From Gemmatimonadota bacterium (GTDB lineage: Bacteria; Gemmatimonadota; Gemmatimonadetes; Longimicrobiales; Gaopeijiaceae): DNA of 64,000 nucleotides. The notes beneath the pieces were generated by a model. That model saw only the letters and a list, made by a program, of their open reading frames with translations, made no database searches and was not told the origin of the DNA. This document shows positions 1 to 9,979 of this stretch, piece by piece. Numbering within the stretch: the first letter of the stretch is position 1; each line of letters begins with the position of its first letter. The stretch spans positions 1,504,001 to 1,568,000 of the forward strand of contig JAXHMG010000003.1 of NCBI GenBank assembly GCA_034521595.1, read 5' to 3'. Both the position numbers and the translations under genes were made by a program.

Positions 1-5
1 GGCGA

Positions 6-580
6 CTACCAAGCTCCCGACCAGCCTCCAGTTCGGTCACCCCAGCCTCTGAGCAGGAGATCGTCAATCTCCGTGTGACTCCAATCGGATATGACATTCC
101 GGACTCGAATCAGGTCATTCCGAGGCGGTGTTGGTAGCCCCCGCGGAGTGAATCGCCCGAGCAGTTGAGTACTGACGTCAACGCCTCCCTGGGCCAAGAC
201 GGCTAAGAGGTCGCCGCGTTTGACAGCCCAGTGATGTCGGCTGAACTCAAACTGTTCGATATCGAGGTGACCGCGGAGGCGCCAGATCGCGTCGTTGGTT
301 AGCGGCTCGGGGCTAAGATCCTCAGAGACGGAAACCACGATATCACTGCCTGTACGGCGGATGGACTCGATCTCAACAAGGTACGCTCGCTCATCCGCAC
401 GCCCCTCTTGCATAAGAAGGCAGGGCCAGGACTGGATAGACCTGCATCGCCTCGGAAGAGCGGCTTCGAAGTTGATCGGAAATGACCCGGACCGTGCTAC
501 TCGAGAAACCGGGAGGGCTCGACGGTGACGAAATGTTCGTCGAGTTGCGCTACGTCGTTCGAGACTATCAGGTTGTACAT
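6..580 (-). pseudogene. Frameshifted hypothetical protein (MYNL...FLEYT...HHWAVK N-terminal domain); probably continues beyond the window start
   Basis: ATG at 580 reads MYNLIVSNDVAQLDEHFVTVEPSRFLE, then an indel leads into the ORF-track frame (LDIEQFEFSRHHWAVKRGDL). From recall this resembles an N-terminal domain of TIR/Abi-type proteins; unverified. Confidence 0.5.
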
Positions 581-924
581 GCGGGCAGCTTACGGTCCCG
601 TCACTGCCGCGGAAAGAGTCGGGTCCCAGGATAGCACGGGCGCCCAACCTCACTCGAATGAGGCACGTCGGTGACCGCGGGTGGCGTCACAAGGACCGTA
701 GCCCGGGCGTCGGCGATCGCTGACCTGACCCCAGGGCCACTACCGGGAACTCTGCTGACATCGGGCTCTTGAACACTGATTCTCGGCCCGAACTCTACCC
801 ACAATCTCACCCCCATACGGGAAGATCCGACGCGCAGAATCAGGCCGATTGACCTTCTTCGCAGGGAGAGACCGTATCTCGACCCGCAGCAGGCTCCTGG
901 ATGCGGTCGCCACTTCTGAATTGC

Positions 925-1085
925 CGTGGCCCGGGTGAGCGCAAGAAAACCAGCGCTACTCCCAACAAGCTTCCCGTGCCTCAAGATCAAGACCAGCCGA
1001 TCGAGGATACGCTGCCTCGCGTCCGCTCTGGGCCATGTGGGGGAAGCGAACGAAGTGAGCGGAGCCGGAAACATACTTGTTATGT
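925..1085 (-). repeat. Truncated attC-like site (distal end of the array; outer R' arm missing)
   Basis: GGCCATGTGG...GAACGAAGTGAGCGGAGCCGGAAACATACTTGTTATGTG is nearly identical to the right half of the 13131-13286 repeat. The inner-stem partner CGTGGCC is at 925-931, but the CATAACGTTCAGATGTTTCCG arm is absent. Confidence 0.75.
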
Positions 1086-1294
1086 GATGGGTGCCGCTGT
1101 CCGTCGACATCAGTCACGTCTTGGGGTCAGTCCGCTCTTGCCATGGATCCTTCGCCGCGTCCATGATGCTCGGGTGAAGATCAAAGACATTATCCGTGTC
1201 AACGCCGGTTCAGAAGTGGACAGATCCGACGGAGTAGAGTTTGACACTTCCGGGTCGGGTTGGTTGGTCATCGGGGCATGAGGTTTCTCCTGGC

Positions 1295-2078
1295 TCAGGG
1301 GTGAGGGGACGGCGAGGCCGGCGTTTCTTCGGTGGCGGAGCCGGTAGCTTTCGCCGCGGATGTTGAGGGTGGTGGCATGGTGGAGTAGACGGTCGAGGAG
1401 AGCGATGGCGAGGACGGGATCGGGGAAGATCTCGTCCCATTGGCCGAAGCTCTTGTTGGAGGTGAGGATGATGGACTTCTGGGCCTGGTAGCGCTTGTTG
1501 ACGACCTCGAAGAGGAACGTGGCGTCGTGCTGCTCGAGGGGCAGATACCCGACCTCGTCGAGGATCGAGGACCTTGGGCCGGATCAGGACACGAAGCAGG
1601 ACAGTCGAGCCGGTTCTTCTCGCGATGGGCTCGGGAGCGGGTCACGAGGTCATGGAGCGTGAGGAAGTAGATGCGGTGCCCCTGCTCGATGGCCTTGAGC
1701 GAGAGGCCGATCGCCGAGGTGCGTCTTGCCGACACCGCTGGGTCCGAGGAGCAAGACGTTCTCGCCCTGATGCAGGAAGCGCAGCGTGGCGAGCTCGGCG
1801 ACGACGTCCTTGGGCACCTGAGGCTGAGCCTCGTAGTCGAAGTCTTCGAGCGTCTTGGGCGCCGGGCAGGCCGCTGAGCTTGAGGTTGGTGTTCACCCGC
1901 CGCTCGAAGCGAGCGGCGAGCTCGATGCGTGAGGAGCTCGTCGAGGACCTCGACCGGCGAGCTTCTCGCTCTTCTGGCCCCGCTCCAGGATCTCGATCGA
2001 GAGCCGTGAGCGCGGCTTCCAGCTTCGAGTTGATCGAGCTGGTCGCGGACCCGCTCGTAGCTGACCGCGCGCACTCAT
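1295..2078 (-). pseudogene. istB: IS21 helper ATPase IstB (frameshifted)
   Basis: MSAVSYERVRDQL start overlapping the istA stop; Walker A (GPSGVGKT) and DEVGYLP readable across frames. Confidence 0.85.
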
Positions 2079-3408
2079 GAGGCGCCCCCGCGAGCAACGC
2101 GCTCATAGGCATCGAGCGCGCCTGGATCTCACGACGGGCGCGACCTGCTTGAGGCGATCGAGTCGACCGACGAGCCGAGCTCGGCCGCCGCGACGCGCTG
2201 CATCGAAGCGAGGCGGGCCGCCTCGTCGTCCGCACGCCTTCTGAGTCCACTGCCACGTGTGAGCTGGCGGATCGCCTTCGGCGTGCTCGGCGAGCGTGCA
2301 CGGCCGGCTCCCGGAGGTCGGACGCGATGCCGACCAGGAGCTCGGTCGCCGAGGTAGACGGCGAAGCACGTCCGTCGCTCCTCGGCGGCCGCACCATCAC
2401 CGTGTGGCCGCAGCCGCGGGTCGGGCACGCTGTAGCGCACGCCTCGGAAGCTGAAGTGAGCAGTCGGCGGCCACCTTACGGAGCTCGACGGGCCGCATGT
2501 CGTAGGCCGGCACCGCGCTCGCTCGCCGGAGCTCGGGCAAGCTCGACGACGGTGGCGATCCAGCCGGCCGCTCGCCCGTGGTGCCGTGCACCCGGACGTT
2601 CGCGACCGTGTCGAGCCAGTGCTCGAGCTGACGGTTCAGATCCTCGAGATCGGTGAAGTGAGCGGCCCTCGAGGAACGATTGCTTCACGTAGCCGACGCC
2701 CCGCTCGACCTTGCCCTTCACCCGCGGCCAGTACGGTGGACTCGCCACCGGCAGCACCTCGTAGTGCTCGCACGAAGTCCAGGAACGTGGCGTTCCAGCG
2801 CACCGTGCCCGTCGTCACGTCGTGCTGGTCGACCGCCTGCTTCATGTTGTCGACCAGCAGCTCGCGCGGGCACGCCCAGGCGCTCGAACGCCTCCTTCAT
2901 GCACGCCAGCAGGGTCGGCCGCTTCATCGACGTCGTGAAGCGCGCATACATCCGGCGGCTGTAGCCCAGAACCAAGATGAACACGCACAGCTTCTTCGTT
3001 CGCCGACCCTGCTCGATCGTACCGCACTCGCCCCAGTCGATCTGGGCCTGCCGGCCGGGCAGCGTCTCGAAGCGCTCCATCGACCCGACGCGCATGAACT
3101 CTGCCTTCAGCGGCCGCATGAAGTCGCGGAGGATCGTGAGCCCACCCTCGTAGCCGAGCCCCTCGAGCTCTCGCTTCAGCACCGTGGCCGGCAGGTCGAA
3201 GCGCCTCCAGGCGAGCCCGGATGTAGTCCTTGTACGGATCGAGCTTCGAAGCCCGCCCGGCCCGGGGCTTCGGATACGGCTCGGTCCGGTTCAGATGGTT
3301 GTAAACCGTCTGGCGCGTCACGCCCTGAGCGGCGCGCGATCTCGGCTGATCGTCACGCCCTCTTCGGCCAAAGAATTTGATCTGCATGTGCTTCTCCCGT
3401 AGCATCAT
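2075..3408 (-). pseudogene. istA: IS21 transposase IstA (multiple frameshifts)
   Basis: Fragments SKLDPYKDYI, RFETLPGRQAQIDWG, LGYSRRMY, PYWPRVKGKVERGVGYVK. Confidence 0.88.
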
Positions 3409-4687
3409 CTGTCTCGAAGTCCTCCGGCGCGTGGGGCCGATCCTTGGTCGGACGACCCCAACCTAGCGCGCCAGAGGGCTTCTTTTTGGGTGAGGGGTTC
3501 CGGGGCCCTCTCCTCGCGCCTGCGGCGCTCGGGGCCCACGGCTCCCGCGGCTACGGAAGTGTCAAATTCTCAACCGTCGCTTCTGTCCAAGATCAAACCG
3601 GTGGGGACATCCGTGCGGCCCCAACCTTCTTCCGAGCGGCTTGGAACTGGTTCAGCCACTTCGATACCCTGATGTCGCTCTGGGCTGGCTCGGGAGTGCA
3701 TCCGCCCTGATTGCAGCCTTCTCTGCAGTGGTGGGTTGGATCGTAGCGCGACTCGCTTCGTTCGGACCGGTCCTCAGCTTCTTCCTCGCGCTAATCGCAT
3801 GGGTCTTGGTGTCTGTCGCCTTGGCGCTGAATCGATGGGTTCCAGGTTGGAATGCCCGCTCCCGAAGAGAAGGGGCCGTCCGAGCCTCTCGGGACCAGTG
3901 AGGAGTCTCCGACGGAACTCGTCTTCCACCTGCAGTCTCCGACCGAGACGTTTGACCTACGGATCGCTGGAGCCTTTCCGGGAAAGCTGGGCCTGATCGA
4001 GATCGCGAATCCGACCGAAGCCGTTGAGCGTCTCGGCGCGCTTCTCCTACCGACCGTATTCCGCCGGAATGACCTCTCTCATGACCCGATCTGGTGGTTT
4101 CGTGGCCATTCGAGCCAGTCCGTCGAGACGTTTCGTGATCTCGAAGGCGGCAGGTGCCTCCTCAATCACATGGAACTCACCTTACGGCGCGTCGTCGCAT
4201 ACCGCTCGATCGATACGGCCCACCAATTCGTCTATGTAGAGTGCGACCCTGATCCACCTGTTGGTTCGGATCCCCACTCGCTCCGTAGCCTTGAAGAAAG
4301 GGTCGCGGAACGCGGTTACGCGGCCGAGGAGTACGGCCTCTTTCGGGGCATGCCGTCACTCGGATGGAGTACGATGACGCTGCAGCCGTGGATTAACGGG
4401 AAGCTGTAGATTTCACCACGACGTCAGACCGAGCAGAGGTCAGGCGTCGGTTTCCTTACGAGGTTCAACTTCATCATCTGCGCGAAGTTCCATCCGCTGA
4501 AATCGGAACGCCCTGGATCAATCCGATGGAGGATATCCCGAATGCGATCCTCCGGGGTGGGGCGACTGTTGAAGATCTAGTCGAGCACATCCGGCAACTT
4601 CCGGCGCATCCAGGGGATGGAATGCACCTGGCCTAATCGCTCAGAAGCGAGACCAAGGAACCGATCCATCACCTGAAGGCACCTTTC

Positions 4688-4840
4688 ACATAACGTTCAG
4701 ACGTTTCCGACGTGGCCACCACGGAAGCGCCCACGCTACCTACCCGAGCATACGCTGCGATCTGCTCTCGTGCCACAAAACTCCGAGGCCATGTAGGTGA
4801 AGAGAGCGAAGCGAACGGAACCGGAAACGTTCTGTCATGC
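4688..4840 (-). repeat. attC-like recombination site (R'' degenerate)
   Basis: On the + strand: ACATAAC-GTTCAG-ACGTTTCCG-ACGTGGCC...GGCCATGT...CGGAAACGT-TCT-GTCATGC; nested inverted repeats shared with other copies. Confidence 0.85.
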
Positions 4841-4844
4841 AGAC

Positions 4845-5576
4845 GCTCTGGGCCCCGCTGTGCTGAGGAACCGTGGGAGTCTAGTACACCTGCGCTGTCT
4901 GGCCTTACGGGGAGAGTATCGAGCCCCGATGGTCCGGATGAATCGATCGGCGAAGTCCCCAATTCCACCGGCTCGCCAAGGTTGCCAAGCCCGTCGCTGT
5001 GTCTTCCAGCTAAGGCAAACGCTGTGATGGGAATGGCCAGCGTGAGCATAACGATTCCGTTGCGCACCCCGGAGAAGCTGACCGAAAGAGCGTTTGACCG
5101 AAGATTTGTCACTTTCTGATTCTGTTCAACATAGTAGAGTCGCCTCGCTCGCGCCCTCGATTCCATCCTTAATGACGATCTCTTCGTTGAGCGCAGGTTG
5201 ATACGTCCGAGCGACTTTCATTGCCTCCAACGCCCACCAGCCAGCTGCCAGCAGGTAGATCGCGCCCAGATAGCAGGACCACGGCGACAGCCACCGCTCG
5301 GCGATCACTCGGAAGACCGAAGAAGTTGACGCTGGCAGACAAGATCGCGAAGGAAAGAGTCACCCCAATGATGTTGCTCTTAGCCTTGTCTTCGATGGAT
5401 CGTCGCCGTTCCAGCTCAATACCTTCAAAGAATCGGAGGCGGTCCTCATCGACCGCACTCGCCGTCTGTCGAAGCTCCTTCAGGTGGCAGGAGAACGCGT
5501 CGTCTCGATCCTCCAAGTCCTTAAGGATGGCTTTCCGAGCATTTCTAGCGGCCGGGATATCCAACAGAAAGCACAC
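4845..5576 (-). CDS. Hypothetical membrane protein downstream of the ATP-grasp gene (frameshifted; ends approximate)
   Basis: Consecutive ORF fragments 5169-5576, 5126-5308 and 4669-5166 with ERRRSIEDKAKS followed by three hydrophobic segments. Confidence 0.55.
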
Positions 5577-5620
5577 GGCTCATGCGAGTCACCATCGAGG
5601 AGAGCCGTCCCCCACGGTGA

Positions 5621-6567
5621 TTATCCACGAATGAGAGCTCGTGCCAGAGTCAGGGATATCTCAAGGTCGAGAGCGGACTCCAGCCACACCCACTCTCCGA
5701 GAGGGTTGACCTCCAAGAAGAGGTATTCGCCGTCCCGCTCCATCAGGTCTATCGCCCCATATATCGAGCCCCAGGCGGTCCATCAGTCGAAGGCATCCAT
5801 CGACGACTTCGGTAGGCAATGTGGTCAGTCTATAAGACACGTCACCCTTGCGGAGCCGCCAGTCGCCGTCAATCGACTCGCCGTTGTCCGTGATCGCCAC
5901 CGCCCACCAGGTTGAGCCCACGATCGTAAGGCGAACGTCCACCTTTGGCTGGACACCTTCCTGTAGGACGTACGGCATCTACCGAGTTGCGGGCCTGAGC
6001 CTTGAATGCTTCAGCGCTCATCAGTGTCGTGTAGCCGAAATGGACGTCCGCATCGTCCTCCCAGAGCACGGTGTCCAATCCCTTTACGGCTACGCGCCCG
6101 GCACCAGGAAAGTGGTCAAACGGCCAGTTGCCGATTCTCGTCCATGGGATTTGCAGCCCGGCCTCAACCGCGACCGCGAGCTGCTCAAGCTTGTCGTTCG
6201 GATCTGTAGATCGCGAACGGAGAGTTGATCCAATGCCCACCTGCGGCGACCAATGAGCGGAGCATCGTCTCCCAATGGAGATGTCTCAACTGACTCGGCC
6301 CGGGACTCCCATGCGTTCGAACATACGCAGGCCGCTTGCAGTAGACGGAGTGAGGACCGGACACCGTGAAGGCCTGTCCTGAGGACTCACCGAAGATTGT
6401 CTTGGCTACCGGGTCGACGCTGATCCGGACCGGAGATCCTCGGTATTCAGTCGTTGGTAGGAGGCGTCTAGGTCACGAAGGTGCCCAACGACCAAGTCAG
6501 CGCCGAAATCGAATCGCGACGTGATCAGCAGGATCGTGGGAGCCGAAGAGGAAATGTCGTTACTCAA
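5621..6567 (-). CDS. ATP-grasp RiPP maturase (MvdC/MvdD-like), frameshifted
   Basis: TTG start overlaps the precursor stop; ILLITSRFDFGAD...RLNTED, KLEQLAVAVEAGLQIPWT, VAVKGL, PYVLQE, DVRLTIVG, DWR, FLEVNPLGEWVWLE motifs. Confidence 0.85.
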
Positions 6568-6776
6568 TATCCCTTCTGGTCCTCTCCGGTTTCGACGTCG
6601 TTCTTCTTCGTCTGGGGGCGGGGGCCTTCCGGCCGCCTCATCAGCAGTTCTCCCGATTCCGAGTGAACCCACGCGCCGATCTTCGGGTCATATGCTGCCC
6701 CCCTAGGTGTGGGATCGGATGCGGGGCGCGAGTTCCTGACTGCTCCTGCTATCAGCATGTGCTTAGACAGTTGCAT
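6564..6776 (-). CDS. Graspetide (omega-ester peptide) precursor, 70 aa
   Basis: RBS GGAGGA; C-terminal core PQTKKNDVETGEDQKGY rich in T/K/D/E; lies directly upstream of the ATP-grasp gene. Confidence 0.85.
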   Translation of the reverse strand: MQLSKHMLIAGAVRNSRPASDPTPRGAAYDPKIGAWVHSESGELLMRRPEGPRPQTKKNDVETGEDQKGY

Positions 6777-6983
6777 CGATCCTCCAGGACGTGATGACAT
6801 ACGACAAGACATGGGGCGGCACGAACACTATCCGTTTCTCTACAACAAGAGGGGTCCAGAGTGTCTCATAGACACGATGGAAGGGCTGGCCTCCTGGTTT
6901 TTTCGTGGATTAGCATCCCGAAGTAGCCCGGAGTGCCAGAGCCACCTGCGGCGTTCGAGCCGCACAGCCCAGGAGACCAGCCC

Positions 6984-8125
6984 ATGTCTGCGCCAATCTT
7001 CTTCGTCGGCCTCGACGTGCACAAGGACACGGTGACGGTCGCGGTGTTTCGCAACCGCGATGTGGAGCCGATGCGGGTCGATCGACTTCCCCACGACCAC
7101 AAGAAGCTGCGTCGCTACTTCCAGCGTCTCGAGGCCGAGGGCTCGAGTCCGAGCCTGCTACGAAGCCTCCGGGGCGGGCTACGTGCTGCAGCGCGCGCTC
7201 ACCGAGTGGGGCATCGCCTGCGAGCTCGCCGCTCCGTCCCTCATTCCGAGGCGAGCGCGGTGAGCACCGCAAGACCGATCGACGCGATGCGATCGAGATC
7301 GCCCGGGACTTTCGCGACGATCGCCGCGTGCTCATCCACATCCCCACCGAAGCCGACGAGCGCGTCCGCGACTTGGTGCGCTGCCGCGAGACCTTCCAGC
7401 GCGAGATCGTCAAGTCACGCCATTACATCCTGAAGTTCCTGCGCCGCCGAGGCTTCATCTACCGCGACGGCACGCACTGGACCACGCGCCACATGAACTG
7501 GATCCGACAGGTGCTCGAGCCCGGCACCCTCGCCGAGGAGGACGGCGTCGTGCTCGCCGAGTACCTTGCGCTCCTCGAGTACGAGTTGCAGCGCAGAGAC
7601 GAGCTCGACCGCAGGATCGAGGCCCTGGCGCTCACGCCCCGCTACAAGCCCCTCGTCGACCGTATCCGCTGCTTCCGGGGCTTCAAGACCCAGGCGGCCA
7701 TGGTGCTCGCCACCGAGATCGGCGACGTGCGTCGCTTCGAGAGTCCGCGCCAGCTCATGGCCTATCTCGGACTCGTGCCCGGCGAGAACTCCTCGGGCGA
7801 TCGAAGGCGACTCGGGGCCATCACCAAAGCCGGCAACGCACGCGTGCGTCATGTGCTCATCCAGGCCGCCTGGCAGTACCGACGACGGCCTGCCGTCGGT
7901 GTCACCCTCCGGCGTCGTCAGCAAGGTCAGGACCCGGCCGTCATCGCCCATGCCTGGAAGTGTCAGGACCGTCTCTACAAGGTCTTCCACCGCCTGGCCG
8001 CCAAGAAGCCCAAGCCCGTCGCCGCCACGGCCGTCGCACGTGAGATGGTCGGCTTCCTGTGGGCCGTGCTCAACGACATCGATGTCGCCCAACTCCAGGA
8101 CGCGGAGGTGAGCCGAGCCGCCTGA
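6984..8125 (+). CDS. IS110 transposase/recombinase (indels near 7145 and 7257)
   Basis: VGLDVHKD, CYEASG, KTDRRDA, YLGLVPGENSSG, ITKAGN motifs. Confidence 0.92.
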
Positions 8126-8340
8126 CCCCGATCCTGACACTTCACGTCCGGAAGGAGAGCGCCCGGGGCACGATAGGAGAACGCCTCGAAACGTTATGGG
8201 GTCCGGCTCCGTGCCCAATCCCCGCACATAGACTCCGGCCAGCTCCCGACGAATCCGTCTCATGATGCTCTGAGCCTCAACGCTCAACCATCGAATATCA
8301 GCAGGATGCATCGTCGAAGACGCCCCGGCCTCTCCTTCGG
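8126..8340 (+). ncRNA. Putative bridge/seek RNA of the IS110 element
   Basis: Non-coding 3' end containing ATATCAG (8295-8301, equal to the right end plus core) and CATCGT (8309-8314, reverse complement of left-end ACGATG at 6874-6879). Confidence 0.6.
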
Positions 8341-8421
8341 ACCGCGACTTGACAACACCCTTCCATATCAGGCGACCGGAACCGGGGCGTCCGTGGGCGT
8401 GGTGCGCCGGACCCGGAGCTC

Positions 8422-8793
8422 GTGGAGCGCCCTCGGCGTCGTACGTTCACGGCGGCCTACAAGCTCAAGATCGTGCAGGAAGCGGACGCGTGCGAGAAGC
8501 GGGGCGAGGTGGGCGCGTTGCTGCGTCGTGAGGGGCTCTACACGTCCCACCTCTCGGCGTGGCGCAAGGAGCGCGACAAGGGAGCGCTCCAGGCGCTGTC
8601 GAAGCCTCGGGGTCGGCCGAAGCCGGATCCACGCGACGGCGAGATCGAGCGGCTGCGCCGGCGTGCGGAGCGAGCCGAAGCCGAGCTGGCCACGGCCCAC
8701 AAGGTCATCGAGGTGCAGGGAAACGTCTCGGCGCTCTTGGAAGAGCTGCTCCAGGCTGGGGGCGCGAAGCAGAACGGGAGCAGCGAGCGGTGA
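8422..8793 (+). CDS. IS3 OrfA (HTH)
   Basis: RRRTFTAAYKLKIVQEADAC...GALLRREGLYTSHLSAWR. Confidence 0.88.
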   Translation: MERPRRRTFTAAYKLKIVQEADACEKRGEVGALLRREGLYTSHLSAWRKERDKGALQALSKPRGRPKPDPRDGEIERLRRRAERAEAELATAHKVIEVQGNVSALLEELLQAGGAKQNGSSER

Positions 8794-9794
8794 CGGAGCA
8801 GGCCGTGGAAGAGCTCACGCCACTGATCGGGACGAGTCCGGCGTGCCGGGCCCTCGGGACGGCACGGGCGACGATCTACCGGCGTCGGCGTCCACCCGAG
8901 CCCCGGCCCCGGAAGCCTCGGCCGAAGCCGGCGCGGGCGCTCTCGGAACAGGAGCGCGACGCGGTGCTCGAAGCGCTGCACTCCGAGCGCTTCGTCGATG
9001 CCTCACCGGCACAGGTCTGGGCCACGCTGCTCGATGAAGGCCGTTACCTGGCGTCGGAGCGCACGATGTACCGCCTCCTGGCCGAGCAGAGCGGGAGCCG
9101 GGAGCGGCGCGACCAGTTGGTCCATCCGGCCTATGCCAAGCCGGAGTTGCTGGCCACGCGGCCCAACGAGCTCTGGAGCTGGGACATCACCAAGCTCCTG
9201 GGGCCGGCCAAGTGGACCTACTTCTACCTCTACGTCATCCTGGACGTCTTCAGCCGCTACGTCGTGGGCTGGACGATCCAGCACCGTGAGTCGGCCTCCG
9301 TGGCCCAGCAGCTCATCGCCCAGAGCATCGAGCAGCAGGACGTCGGGGCCGGCGAGCTCACGATCCACGCCGACCGCGGCACCTCGATGCGCTCGAAGCC
9401 GGTCGCGTTCCTGCTCGCCGACCTCGGCGTCACGAAGACGCACTCGAGGCCCTACACCTCGACGGACAACCCCTACTCCGAGGCCCAGTTCAAGACGCTC
9501 AAGTACCGGCCCGACTTCCCCCACCGCTTCGCCTCGATCCTGCACGCGAGGTCCTGGGCCCGGGGCTTCTTCGCCTGGTACAACCATGAGCACCGCCACT
9601 CCGGCCTTGGCCTCATGACCCCGACCACGGTCCACTACGGCCGGGCCGACGAGGTCAGGGAACAGCGTGGTGAGGTGCTCGAGGCCGCCTACGCGGCCAA
9701 CCCCGAACGCTTCGTGCGCGGGCTACCCCAGCCGCCCAAGTCGCCCACCGCAGCTTGGATCAACCCACCCGCCACCGAGGAGGATGCTCACTAA
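8790..9794 (+). CDS. IS3 OrfB DDE transposase
   Basis: WSWDITKL, IHADRG, DNPYSEAQFKTLK; GTGA overlap with orfA. Confidence 0.92.
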   Translation: MTEQAVEELTPLIGTSPACRALGTARATIYRRRRPPEPRPRKPRPKPARALSEQERDAVLEALHSERFVDASPAQVWATLLDEGRYLASERTMYRLLAEQSGSRERRDQLVHPAYAKPELLATRPNELWSWDITKLLGPAKWTYFYLYVILDVFSRYVVGWTIQHRESASVAQQLIAQSIEQQDVGAGELTIHADRGTSMRSKPVAFLLADLGVTKTHSRPYTSTDNPYSEAQFKTLKYRPDFPHRFASILHARSWARGFFAWYNHEHRHSGLGLMTPTTVHYGRADEVREQRGEVLEAAYAANPERFVRGLPQPPKSPTAAWINPPATEEDAH

Positions 9795-9836
9795 TATCAG
9801 ACCACCTTCTGTCTCATCGGCGTTGACAGGTTCCGC

Positions 9837-9957
9837 TTCACGCTAGATACGTACGGATGCTTCGGCCCAGAACTGAAACAGAAAAAGCGACGGGCCGCGC
9901 CCGCCGCCACCCTATCCGTCCGCGGTCTTGCTTCGGTCCTTCTTAATGGTGTTATGA
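9837..9957 (-). repeat. Remnant of an attC site disrupted by IS3/IS110
   Basis: GTTATGAGTCGTTGCAGGC at 9951 is an inverted match to GCCTGCAATGACTCATAAC at 11010-11028; the remainder differs from the main attC family. Confidence 0.5.
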
Positions 9958-9979
9958 GTCGTTGCAGGCACGGTCGTCG

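Larger units (their letters stand above)
1197..3609 (-). mobile_element. IS21-family insertion sequence with 4-bp target duplication TCCG
   Basis: Ends TGTCAACGCCGGTT...AAACCGGTGGGGACA; TCCG at 1193-1196 and 3610-3613; carries istA and istB. Confidence 0.9.
1174..4636 (+). pseudogene. Cassette gene (N-terminal TM helices plus conserved C-terminal domain) interrupted by IS21 and frameshifted
   Basis: Removing 1197-3609 and one TCCG copy joins VKIKDIIR to AAPTFFRAAWNWFSHF in frame. It continues through hydrophobic helices and DPIWWFRG...EEYGLFRG...FNFIICAKFHP to a TAA at about 4636. Confidence 0.65.
6870..8371 (+). mobile_element. IS110-family (IS1111-like) element with sub-terminal inverted repeats and a long right non-coding end
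   Basis: ATGGAAGGG (6877-6885) / CCCTTCCAT (8358-8366); AG core at both junctions; outward TTGACA at 8349-8354; DEDD transposase inside. Confidence 0.85.
8372..9836 (+). mobile_element. IS3-family element, left end missing or abutting IS110
   Basis: orfA/orfB pair; right end TGTCTCATCGGCGTTGACAGGTTCCG. Confidence 0.85.
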
